Shown: piece by piece, positions 11,921-20,837 of the stretch | How positions within the stretch are numbered: position 1 is the stretch's first letter | How the letters are laid out: each line of letters begins with the position of its first letter | Source of the DNA: Pseudomonadota bacterium | Lineage (GTDB): Bacteria > UBA10199 > 2-02-FULL-44-16 > JAAZCA01 | NCBI GenBank assembly: GCA_043798915.1 | Contig: JAZDOG010000012.1 | Coordinates: 1 to 50,319, forward strand | Length of the DNA stretch: 50,319 nt | Reading direction: 5' to 3' | Notes under the pieces: generated by a model | What the model saw: only the letters and a program-made list of their open reading frames with translations | Databases searched by the model: none | What the model was told of the DNA's origin: nothing | Position numbers and translations under genes: made by a program

Positions 11921-13141
11921 ATGAGAAGATGGGCCCTGGCTGCCGCGGCTGCGGCAGCGTTGCTTGGCATCGCCGTTTCCGCCGTCTCCATATCACAGCA
12001 CATGCGCATAGACCGCAAGGGTCTCGAAGAGGCCAGCTTCTGCGCCATCAGCTCAAAGATCAACTGCGACATCGTCAACGCCAGCTCATATTCGGAGGCC
12101 CTGGGCGTCCCCGTCGCTGCATGGGGGTTCACCTTCTATCTCCTCGTCGGCGGAATGGCTCTGTTCTCGTTCTTCTCAAAGGGCGACCGTCGCGCCACGG
12201 TCGCTATGGCATGGTTCATGTCGCTGGCCGCGTTCCTCTACAGCGCATATCTCGCATATATCGCCTGGACAGTCCTGGGAGTTGTCTGCCTGGAGTGCGT
12301 CGCCATGTATATTGTCAATATCGCCTTTGTGATATTTCTCTTTGCAGCGCTCAAGGTCCCTCTCGGAGGCATCATGCGTTTTGTGCGGGATTACTTCAAA
12401 GCGGCCCTCGGCCGAGCATCTGGGCTGGATTTCAAACCGCTCATATTGAAGCATGCCGTGGTGATAGCGGTTGTCTTCCTGGCCGGCTTCGGCGCGATGA
12501 GGGGCCTGCAGGCAAAGGGGGACAAGGCGCCCGACAGCGCAGACGTCGACGAGAAGGTGCGCGCATACTACATGGAATCGCTCTACGCGATCGAGCCGGA
12601 CCCGTCATGGGCGATCTGGGGAAACCCAGAGGCCAAGGTGACGGTGGTAGAGTTCAGCGAGTTCCAGTGCCCCTTCTGCAGGGTAGCCGCATTCAATTTG
12701 AAACCGAGGCTTCAGGAATTCAAGAAGGACGTGCGCTTCTACTTCGTCAACTACCCCCTGGACCAGTCATGCAACAAGGAGCTCGACCATCCCATGCACC
12801 AGTGGGCATGCATGGCGGCCAAGGCCGGGATCTGCGCCAAGATGCGCGGCGACTTCTGGGATTTCCACGATGACATCTTCCGCAACCAGAGAAAGTTGAG
12901 CGACAAGCTGATATCGGAGCTTGTGGAGAAGCGCGGCTGGAACCCCGACGAGTTCAAGTCATGCATGGATTCGCCGGAGGTCGAGGAACAGATCCAGAAG
13001 GACCTGGCCGCGGGAAGGAAGAGCTACGTGTCGGGCACCCCGACCGTCATCCTCGACAACCGCAAGCTCAAGTACTGGAGCGATCCGAAATTTCTGCAGT
13101 CGGTGGTGAAGGAAGAGATAAAGAGGTCTAAGAAGAACTGA
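11921..13141 (+). CDS. VKOR-domain membrane protein fused to DsbA/thioredoxin-fold domain
   Basis: VKOR C..C loop ([11 protein letters not shown]), CLEC active site in TM region; C-terminal [10 protein letters not shown] and GTPT. Confidence 0.85.
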   Translation: MRRWALAAAAAAALLGIAVSAVSISQHMRIDRKGLEEASFCAISSKINCDIVNASSYSEALGVPVAAWGFTFYLLVGGMALFSFFSKGDRRATVAMAWFMSLAAFLYSAYLAYIAWTVLGVVCLECVAMYIVNIAFVIFLFAALKVPLGGIMRFVRDYFKAALGRASGLDFKPLILKHAVVIAVVFLAGFGAMRGLQAKGDKAPDSADVDEKVRAYYMESLYAIEPDPSWAIWGNPEAKVTVVEFSEFQCPFCRVAAFNLKPRLQEFKKDVRFYFVNYPLDQSCNKELDHPMHQWACMAAKAGICAKMRGDFWDFHDDIFRNQRKLSDKLISELVEKRGWNPDEFKSCMDSPEVEEQIQKDLAAGRKSYVSGTPTVILDNRKLKYWSDPKFLQSVVKEEIKRSKKN

Positions 13142-13153
13142 CATCACCGGCCC

Positions 13154-14569
13154 ATGAAAAAAAGGGTTCTGCTTATAAATCCAGCCAAAGAGGATCTCTT
13201 TGCGAGCAACCGCATCCATATGGGTTTGACTTTACTGGGAGGAATGCTTTCCAGATATGGACATGAGGTCAAGGTGCTGGATTATTCCTTTTTAAAGACG
13301 CGAAAAAAGTTTTTGCGCGTGCCTTCCATCGCTGAGGTAATAAGCCAGTTCGATCCCGAGGTCATAGGCCTTTCCGTGTTCACCTACCTCTATGACGACT
13401 GCAATGATGCCCTGAAGGAAATATCCAGCTCAAGCGGGGCGCCGGTCATTTTAGGCGGGCCGCATATATCGGTCTTTCCCGAGGACTTTGCCGGCGACGA
13501 CCGGGTGAGCTATATCGTGCGCGGCGAAGCTGAAAATGTCATCCTGGATCTGGTAGACAGCGCCATTCGCCAGCCGGCGCCAAAACGAATAAATTGCCCT
13601 CTGCCTGCCGCCCAGGATATCCCGCCCATCGATCTCGACATAGCTTATGGCAGCCGGTGTTTAAAAGAATATCAGATACAGCTCAGCAGGGGTTGTCCGT
13701 TCAACTGCAGTTTCTGCAGCGTTCATTTGATCAACGGCAGGGAGGTGCGCGCTCGAGACATAAAATTGTGCGTCGATCAGATAAGAGAGGCGAAGGAGAG
13801 TTACCCCGACATCAGGCTGGTGTCAATTACGGACGATTGCCCGAATTTTAACAAAGAGAGATTCAAAGAGTTCCTTGTGATGTTTTCTGAATCGAAGATC
13901 TATTGTGAGCTTGCGATCGACAATGTGAGGGCGGATCTGGTCGATGAGGAGATGATCGGCTTATACAAGAAAGCGGGCGGCAGAAACATCTGTCTGGGAG
14001 TCGAAAGCGGAAATCAGGAGGTGTTCAATTCGGCGCACAAGGGAGAGTCGCTGGAGGCGATAATCCAAGCTGCGGAGCTGGTGCACAAATATGAATTGCG
14101 ATTGGGGCTGTGCTTTGTCGTGGGTCTGCCCGGAGATAATATTTCAAGAAACAGGGATTCCATCGAGCTGGCAAAGAAAATGAACCCGGATTATATCTAT
14201 TGGAATATGTGCACCCCGTGGCCAGACACGGAGATGCACGGGTGGTTTAAAAAGAACGGAACGATCCTCGATGTCCGCAATTTCTCCACGCTGGTCGACC
14301 AGCGGTTCAATTTCGGAAATCCGCCGGCCTTCTCCCCGGATTTTACGCAGGATGAGAGAACAAAGGCATGGCTGACCGCAAATCTGGAAACTTGCGCCGT
14401 GCCCGTGTTGTTATGGGGTAACCTGGCATATGTGCCTTTGATATTGCTGAGGATGATTCGATTGGCAATCAGGTATGGAATCTGGAAGCAATTCTATAGA
14501 TATTTCAGAATCCTTTTGTTTCAAAAAATATTCTCAACTAAGGCGTTTGGCGGATGGCTTCGTCAATGA
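13154..14569 (+). CDS. B12-binding-domain radical SAM protein
   Basis: GGPH in N-terminal cobalamin-binding-like domain; SRGCPFNCSFC CxxxCxxC; GVESG; lower GC than neighbours. Confidence 0.85.
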   Translation: MKKRVLLINPAKEDLFASNRIHMGLTLLGGMLSRYGHEVKVLDYSFLKTRKKFLRVPSIAEVISQFDPEVIGLSVFTYLYDDCNDALKEISSSSGAPVILGGPHISVFPEDFAGDDRVSYIVRGEAENVILDLVDSAIRQPAPKRINCPLPAAQDIPPIDLDIAYGSRCLKEYQIQLSRGCPFNCSFCSVHLINGREVRARDIKLCVDQIREAKESYPDIRLVSITDDCPNFNKERFKEFLVMFSESKIYCELAIDNVRADLVDEEMIGLYKKAGGRNICLGVESGNQEVFNSAHKGESLEAIIQAAELVHKYELRLGLCFVVGLPGDNISRNRDSIELAKKMNPDYIYWNMCTPWPDTEMHGWFKKNGTILDVRNFSTLVDQRFNFGNPPAFSPDFTQDERTKAWLTANLETCAVPVLLWGNLAYVPLILLRMIRLAIRYGIWKQFYRYFRILLFQKIFSTKAFGGWLRQ

Positions 14570-15821
14570 TCGAGTAGTAGGGAACCCGCTTGTTGTGCTT
14601 TGCGAGCGTCGCCGGATCATACACCTTGATTTCAGCAACGACCTTCTCAGCGACGGCCCCCTGTTTTTCTTTTGGGACCTTTCTCAGTTCCATCTGGAAT
14701 CGCAGCTCTTCGTGAAATGCGGCATCGAATGTCGCGTAGTGATCGCGATAGAGCGCTTCAAGCTGGATCGTCGCGATCCCATCCCGGAGAGGGCTGTATG
14801 CCTGCGTCATCGTGTCGTACTGCCAGCTCAAGCTATGCAGCTTGAGATACGCCTGGGCGATATCGTCGTCGATGGACAGCAGCACGTCGTCGGCGCCATA
14901 GTTTCCGATGCGCTCCCGGAAGTCTTCGAGGGCCTTCCACATGTTTTCGACGCTCAGGAGGTCCATGCGTTTCTGGCGAAACTCGCTCGCCTGGAGCGCC
15001 GCGGCCTTTTCCATCCGGCGGATGTAATACTGAAAGAGCGGCAGGTGCCAGGACCGGTCCTTGTGGTCGGCCTTCGTGGTGCGCGTCTTCGGAGATGCAA
15101 CCTTCCGGTAGCAGAGTTTCTCGAACGAGGCGTTTGCGACGGGATCCCTTTTTGGCCCTCCGAAGCGATCCGCAGGATCCGGACGCCAGTGAGAGCTCAC
15201 TGCCTTCATCGCCGAATCCAGAAGTGCAACTTCATATGGATAATAGGTCTGCACATCCCCTTTTTGAAAGACCACGCCCCCAAGCAGGTGGATTGCCGCG
15301 TGGTGTCCGGCGCCATACTCGGACGACGGGAGATCGTAGACGACGACAGTGCCAAATGCGTTTAGGTCGTCGCAGGAGCTGGGCGCAAAATCACGCTTGA
15401 GGTAGTAGCGAAACTCGCTCGAGTCAACGTATCTCCCCTTGGCGTCCTCGTATCCGTTGAGGACCAGGGCCGCCTGATAACAGTTGGGGCCAAGGCCGTC
15501 CTCCCGCCCGTTTTTTTCGACCACGAATCGGGGCAGCAGCCCGTTCACACGATACACGCGTGCCTGGGGAGGAACGGTCATCCCTTTCGGGATCGACTTG
15601 ACCTTTTCGGGGAGCTGGCGGCTCCCCTGCAGGAGCGCCTGGATACGGCTGATGTCGGCGGCGGGCGTGGAGGCCGCATCGCCTGTGAGCGCGAGATAAT
15701 AATCGCCAGGGGTTTTTTGAGGGGCACAGAAGGTGTAATCTTCAGCCGTCCCGCACACGAATGCGGGGAGATCGGACTGCACAGGCTTCCTGGGCGATGC
15801 CGTTTTTGGTGGCTCTGGCAT
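14538..15821 (-). CDS. Hypothetical protein, possible papain-like Cys-His hydrolase
   Basis: 427-aa ORF directly downstream of the protease gene; GPNCY and HHAAIH motifs. Confidence 0.55.
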   Translation of the reverse strand: MPEPPKTASPRKPVQSDLPAFVCGTAEDYTFCAPQKTPGDYYLALTGDAASTPAADISRIQALLQGSRQLPEKVKSIPKGMTVPPQARVYRVNGLLPRFVVEKNGREDGLGPNCYQAALVLNGYEDAKGRYVDSSEFRYYLKRDFAPSSCDDLNAFGTVVVYDLPSSEYGAGHHAAIHLLGGVVFQKGDVQTYYPYEVALLDSAMKAVSSHWRPDPADRFGGPKRDPVANASFEKLCYRKVASPKTRTTKADHKDRSWHLPLFQYYIRRMEKAAALQASEFRQKRMDLLSVENMWKALEDFRERIGNYGADDVLLSIDDDIAQAYLKLHSLSWQYDTMTQAYSPLRDGIATIQLEALYRDHYATFDAAFHEELRFQMELRKVPKEKQGAVAEKVVAEIKVYDPATLAKHNKRVPYYSIIDEAIRQTP

Positions 15822-15825
15822 CAGC

Positions 15826-17403
15826 CTATCCGATGATGAGCTTCAGGTGCATGGTCACATCTTCTGTCACGGCATTGACGACGATGCGAACGGGACCGGC
15901 CTCAAAATACCACGAAAGCCGCTTTTCACCCGGCATGACAGCGAGTTTGCCCAGCCCCTGTCCCTTGTTTTCCAGTGAACTGCGGGTCTTTGCGATGATC
16001 CTTTCGGATTCACCCTTTCCCAACCGTTTGACAAGGAGAGACGAGAGTTTGCTATCGATGGACTTGAGGGCGATCCTGTAGGCCGCTTCCTGCGTGACTG
16101 GCGCGTGCTCGTCGATCTCTCCGGGCGCGATGACCCGTGCGCCTTCGGTGTAACGCTTCTCTCCATTGTGATCTGATTTGACGACCATGCCGTGGCCGAA
16201 GACCTCGACATTCCCGTATTTCGTTTTCACGAACTGGGGAAAGTAGCTCGACTTCGAGAGGCCACGGAGCCCATCGGTCTCGCTCTTCGGGGCGGCGGCA
16301 AAATTAAATTTTGAAGGGGGGAGCGCCTGCTTCTTTCGCTGAGGGAATCCCCTTTTGCCAGCTTCTTTTCGGATTTCGCTCTCGACCGCCTCGGGAGAGA
16401 CGTTCCAGTCGGTGAGCTCCTCGAGGAGCGATTCTTTTGAGTTCGGGGGGACGAGGCTCTTGAGTCCGTTCACCATGTTATCCATAAATTCATCGTATTG
16501 CGGTGTCGAGGTCTTGTATTCCTGCAGATGGACGAGGAAGAGCGTCAGCGTGGCCACCCGCGCGCGTTCGTCAAATGCCGCCGGATCCTTGGCGTATTCC
16601 GCCTGATTCTTATTCTTGAGCAGTTCGAGAAGCCTCCCTTTCAGGGACCACAAGAAACCGGAGTAGATGTTGCCCATGACATGGGGATCGCGGCTGAGCG
16701 TGTTAGAAAACGTATTGTTGTTGTCAACATTCCTCAGCCCATCGGGACTCGGGGTGCCCTTATCCCATACCCCAAAATCCTCGGCGAGTTCCGGGTCATT
16801 GAAACGGATGGCCGTCCCGAAATCGGCGCCGCCTTCGTGCAGGGCCGCGGCGACGTCTGACATCCCCTGGGACAGGCGCGGATTCACGCGGTCAATCACC
16901 CAGTGGAAAGCTTCATGGATATCGATGTCGCCATCGGAGCCAAAGTGCCAGAGTCCACCGCCATCGCCGAAGTTGATGGTCATCTCCTCGGGATCAAAAT
17001 AGGCGTTTGAGAGACCAGGGATGTTCATGCGCACCCGCATCGGCATGAATTTTTCCCGGCGCCCTGCTTCAACGACAAGCCGCATGTCGATGCCCAGCTT
17101 GTCATCGAGAAAGCTGACTAAGCCGTTGAGGGTATGATAGGCAAAGACCTGATCGAATTGAGACGAGGTCAAAAAGCGATTGGTCTGTCCTGGAGCGATC
17201 GGCGGATAAGAAAATTTTCCCTTGAGGGTTACGCCATCTGCCCCGTTGACGCAAAAATATGTTCCGCAGGCCTCCTGCGCATTCGGCGGCAATTTCTCGA
17301 GAACGACCGTCTTCGTCTTTCCATCGCTTGAAAAGTTATTTTCGCTGGTCCAGACGATTGCTTCCGGTCCGTCTTTTTTGGTTGGATTCACTGGTGGGGC
17401 CAT
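15826..17403 (-). CDS. Thermolysin/fungalysin-like (M4/M36) zinc metalloprotease
   Basis: NAYF, HEAFH (HExxH), ALHEGGADF third ligand, LRNVDN, DPHVMG; GGAGG RBS. Confidence 0.75.
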   Translation of the reverse strand: MAPPVNPTKKDGPEAIVWTSENNFSSDGKTKTVVLEKLPPNAQEACGTYFCVNGADGVTLKGKFSYPPIAPGQTNRFLTSSQFDQVFAYHTLNGLVSFLDDKLGIDMRLVVEAGRREKFMPMRVRMNIPGLSNAYFDPEEMTINFGDGGGLWHFGSDGDIDIHEAFHWVIDRVNPRLSQGMSDVAAALHEGGADFGTAIRFNDPELAEDFGVWDKGTPSPDGLRNVDNNNTFSNTLSRDPHVMGNIYSGFLWSLKGRLLELLKNKNQAEYAKDPAAFDERARVATLTLFLVHLQEYKTSTPQYDEFMDNMVNGLKSLVPPNSKESLLEELTDWNVSPEAVESEIRKEAGKRGFPQRKKQALPPSKFNFAAAPKSETDGLRGLSKSSYFPQFVKTKYGNVEVFGHGMVVKSDHNGEKRYTEGARVIAPGEIDEHAPVTQEAAYRIALKSIDSKLSSLLVKRLGKGESERIIAKTRSSLENKGQGLGKLAVMPGEKRLSWYFEAGPVRIVVNAVTEDVTMHLKLIIG

Positions 17404-17453
17404 AACACCTCCTGGCCTGCGGGTGCAGGCTCTAGACAGCCCCCATGTGCGGC

Positions 17454-17482
17454 AGCGTAGTAGAGACAGGGGGGACTGTCAA
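17454..17482 (-). promoter_or_regulatory. Putative sigma70 promoter of the protease operon
   Basis: Minus-strand TTGACA (17482-17477), 17 bp, TACGCT (17459-17454). Confidence 0.5.
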
Positions 17483-17509
17483 CGGGAAAAGCCCCCAAAT
17501 AGGGTATTT

Positions 17510-17532
17510 AAGGTGGTTTGATCGGTGGTTTA
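17510..17532. repeat. 23-bp direct repeat, copy 1 (copy 2 at 24507-24529)
   Basis: AAGGTGGTTTGATCGGTGGTTTA; includes the add stop codon. Confidence 0.8.
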
Positions 17533-18744
17533 GACCCCGAACTTCTTCTCCATCTTCTCGTAGTAATCGATCGCCCTTCTTATGTACGCGCGCTTGGCCA
17601 TGTAGTCGCCGGGGTAGAAGCTGCGCTTGAAACCGTAGATGATGATGTCCTTGAGCTTGCGCGGCTCGATGGGGAAATTCCTGACCGCGAGCTCGATCTC
17701 GTCGGTGACGCTCGTGTGCGAGACGAGCCTGTTGTCGGTGCAGAGGGTCAGCGAGAGGCGGTTCTTGAACATATGCGCGAACGGATGTTTTGAGATCTCC
17801 TTGAGGCCCGGCACCGTCTGCATGTTGGAGGTCAGGCAGACCTCGATGCAAGTGCGGCGGTCGGCGATGTACTGCCACAGTTCCCTCACGTAGCGGCTGC
17901 GCTCTATTGCGGTGGGAAGCTCCACCATGTCCTCGTCGAAGAGATTCGTGCCGTGCCCTATGCGGTCGGCGTGGCAGTCGGTGATCGCCTGAAAGATCGA
18001 GACTGGGCCGTAGGCCTCGCCAGCGTGCACGGTCTTCTTGAAAAAATGTTTGACCGCGAGGTCAAAGGCGCGCTTGTAGTCCTCGGCCGGATATCCTCTT
18101 TCGGCCCCGGCGATGTCGAAGCCGGTGACGGGCAGGCCCTTGTCGTTGCGGACGTCGATCATCGTCCGGACGAGATCCAGCGCCGCGAGGCCGTAGAGGT
18201 CCTCCTTGGGCATGTGGGGATGGATCCCCATCAGCTGCCGGTAGTATCCGGAGTATTCCGGCGTGAACATGCGTATGGCGCATCCTATTATGCCGTAGTC
18301 GAAGGGCGGTTCGCTGCCGTCCCTGATCTCGGGGCGCGCGTTTATCTCCTTCTTGGCCCGGGAGAGCCCCAGGTCGACGCTTATGATCGTCTCGTCGAGC
18401 GAGAACGATTTGTGCGCGTGGCGCTGCGGCGCGAACCGCGGCTCGACGTAGCGCACCCCTTCCTCGAAGTTGTCCAGCGCAAGCTCGTAGGCGATTCTCT
18501 CGAGCGCCTCGGGCGTCACCATCACCGCGGCCGTGTACAAAAAGCCCAGCAGGTATTCGTCCAGGTCCGCATATACCTTTTTGAAGACGAGCTTGCTTAA
18601 GCCCTCCTCCGTGTAGGAGGGGAGCTCCACCTTTTGCTCCTTCGCGAGCTCTATGAGCGTTGCGAGGCGAAGGCTTCCGTCGAGATGAACGTGGAGGTCC
18701 GTCTTCGGGATGGCCCTGATGAATTCTCTGGTGAACTTTGTCAT
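17530..18744 (-). CDS. add: Adenosine deaminase family protein
   Basis: PKTDLHVHLDGS, YVEPRFAP, GFDIAGAE, TVHAGE, RIGHG, EVCLTSN, CTDN. Confidence 0.9.
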   Translation of the reverse strand: MTKFTREFIRAIPKTDLHVHLDGSLRLATLIELAKEQKVELPSYTEEGLSKLVFKKVYADLDEYLLGFLYTAAVMVTPEALERIAYELALDNFEEGVRYVEPRFAPQRHAHKSFSLDETIISVDLGLSRAKKEINARPEIRDGSEPPFDYGIIGCAIRMFTPEYSGYYRQLMGIHPHMPKEDLYGLAALDLVRTMIDVRNDKGLPVTGFDIAGAERGYPAEDYKRAFDLAVKHFFKKTVHAGEAYGPVSIFQAITDCHADRIGHGTNLFDEDMVELPTAIERSRYVRELWQYIADRRTCIEVCLTSNMQTVPGLKEISKHPFAHMFKNRLSLTLCTDNRLVSHTSVTDEIELAVRNFPIEPRKLKDIIIYGFKRSFYPGDYMAKRAYIRRAIDYYEKMEKKFGV

Positions 18745-19655
18745 GATGCGGCTGCCTGCCTTTTCAGCCACTGCCAGCTTTTGTCCACGCCTCGCTGAAC
18801 GACCGCTATCTGTTCGTCGTTCATGTGGCGGAAACGGCCCTGCATCATTAGATAGTCTTTGAGCAGGGTGCCCTGCGGCTCCATGTTGATGGTGTACTTC
18901 TCGCCGTCCTCGACTTCGTATATCGGAAAGATCCCGCAGTCCACCGCGGCGCGCATGGCCTCCACGGACCTGGCCGAGTCGATCTTCCAGCCGGCGGTGC
19001 AGGCGGCGAGTATGTGGATGAACCTGAATCCCTTGATCGCCTTCGCCTTGGCGAACTTTGCCATCAGGTCGTGCGGGTGCGCGGAAGTCGTCGTGGCTAG
19101 ATATGGTATCCCGTGCGCCGCGAGTATCCGGTCGATGTTCTTCTTGGCGCCCTCCTTCGGATGGTCCGTGGGCGTGGTGGTGGTCCAGGCGTATTCAGGC
19201 GTCGCGCCGGAGCGCTGGATGCCGGTGTTCATGTACGCCTCGTTGTCATAGCAGACGCATATGACGTTCTCGTTTCGCTCGGCCGCCGCGGAGAGGGATT
19301 GCAGGCCGATGTCGAATGTGCCGCCGTCGCCGGCCCAGCCCATCACCTGGGTGAGAGTCTTCCCCTGGATGTCCAGCGCGGCGCGCACGCCCGAGACCGC
19401 AGCTCCCGTTGTCTCGAACGCGGTGTGCATGAGCGCCGTCTTGAGGCACGAATATGGAAACGGCCCCGGGATCACCGCCCAGCAGCACGCCGGTATGACG
19501 ACCACCGTGTCTGGCCCCATGGCCTTGAGGGCCATGCGCATCGCCATCGTCGCGCCGCAGCCAGGGCAGGCGAAGTGCCCCGAGGTCATGAACTCGCCCT
19601 TTTCATAATTCTGCTGTGCCGTTCCCTGGCCGAAATTTTGCGGTTCAGTTCTCAT
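18741..19655 (-). CDS. porB: Pyruvate/2-oxoacid:ferredoxin oxidoreductase beta subunit (TPP-binding)
   Basis: GHFACPGCG, GDGGTFDIG, YDNEAYMNTGIQRSGATP. Confidence 0.88.
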   Translation of the reverse strand: MRTEPQNFGQGTAQQNYEKGEFMTSGHFACPGCGATMAMRMALKAMGPDTVVVIPACCWAVIPGPFPYSCLKTALMHTAFETTGAAVSGVRAALDIQGKTLTQVMGWAGDGGTFDIGLQSLSAAAERNENVICVCYDNEAYMNTGIQRSGATPEYAWTTTTPTDHPKEGAKKNIDRILAAHGIPYLATTTSAHPHDLMAKFAKAKAIKGFRFIHILAACTAGWKIDSARSVEAMRAAVDCGIFPIYEVEDGEKYTINMEPQGTLLKDYLMMQGRFRHMNDEQIAVVQRGVDKSWQWLKRQAAAS

Positions 19656-20827
19656 TTTTTTAACCCTATCCACACCGGCCGCTCCTGGCGGTCGTGGTCC
19701 TTCGTGTACGCATATGCCTCGGAGATCGACTCCGGCGTGATGTCGCGGCCGCCCAGCCCGATGTGGAAGTCGAAGACCTCCGGCATTGTCGGCACGCCCG
19801 CGAGGGCTGCCCTGATCTCCTGCGCCCAGATTCCGCCGGCGCCGTGGCTGATGTTGCGGTCGAGCACGGCGAGTTTTTGAACTTTCCTGTTGCCGGCCAG
19901 ATTTCCGACGGCCTCGCGAAGCGCCTCGGTCGGGAACGGCCTGAAGAGGCGCAGCTTGCACAGGCCCACCTTCTCGCCCGAGGCCCTCAAGGATTCGACC
20001 GCCACGCGCGCGGTGGATGTGGTCGACCCGCTGGTGACGATGAGCGTTTCGGCGTCCTCGGCGTGGAAGAGCTCGATCATGTCGTAGTGGCGTTTGAATC
20101 GCTTTGAAAAATCGCGCGCCACTTCGCCGAAGGTCCTCTTCGACTTCTGGTGGGCCTCCTCCATGATGTAACGGAATTCCATGTAATGCTCCGGCGCCGT
20201 GAACGGATTGAGCGTGCGGGGATGTTCTGTATCCAGGCGCATCGACGGCTTGAACGAAGGGAGGAAGCGGTCGACGTCCTTCTGGTCGGGAATCTCCACG
20301 GGCTCATATGTGTGCGAGAGGATGAAGGCGTCGTAGACGACCATCACCGGCAGGTTCACGATCTCGGCGAGCCTGTAGGCCATGATGACAGTGTCAAGCA
20401 CTTCCTGGTTCGTCTCGCAGTATATCTGTATCCAGCCCGTGTCGCGCTGTGCGAGCGAGTCGGTCTGGTCGCTCGTGATGTTCCATCCCGGCGCCATGGA
20501 GCGGTTGACGTTGCACAGGACTACGGGCAAGCGCCCGTAGGCCGCCCAGAAGAGGAGTTCGTGCATCAGCGCCAGCCCCTGCGACGACGTGGCGGTGAAG
20601 GCCCGGCAGCCGGCCTGCGCCGCGCCGATGCAGCAGGCCATCGCTGAGTGCTCCGACTCGACCTTGATGAACTTTGCCGCCAGCTCGTTCCTCGCGCACA
20701 TCCCGGAGAGCTCCTCCACGATCTGCGTCTGGGGGGTGATGGGGTAGGCGGCGATGACCTGCGCGCGAGAGAGCCTCACGCCGTGCGACGTCGCATGGTT
20801 GCCCATCAATACTTCTGTAGTAGGCAT
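19652..20827 (-). CDS. porA: Pyruvate/2-oxoacid:ferredoxin oxidoreductase alpha subunit
   Basis: AAYPITPQT, VESEHSA, TATSSQGLALMHE, RLFRPFP, GLGGRD. Confidence 0.9.
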   Translation of the reverse strand: MPTTEVLMGNHATSHGVRLSRAQVIAAYPITPQTQIVEELSGMCARNELAAKFIKVESEHSAMACCIGAAQAGCRAFTATSSQGLALMHELLFWAAYGRLPVVLCNVNRSMAPGWNITSDQTDSLAQRDTGWIQIYCETNQEVLDTVIMAYRLAEIVNLPVMVVYDAFILSHTYEPVEIPDQKDVDRFLPSFKPSMRLDTEHPRTLNPFTAPEHYMEFRYIMEEAHQKSKRTFGEVARDFSKRFKRHYDMIELFHAEDAETLIVTSGSTTSTARVAVESLRASGEKVGLCKLRLFRPFPTEALREAVGNLAGNRKVQKLAVLDRNISHGAGGIWAQEIRAALAGVPTMPEVFDFHIGLGGRDITPESISEAYAYTKDHDRQERPVWIGLKK

Positions 20828-20837
20828 GCCTGACCTC

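Noticed and set aside
11921..13141. VKOR-DsbA fusion as a novelty
   Set aside because: VKOR-thioredoxin-fold fusions are a known bacterial disulfide-formation architecture
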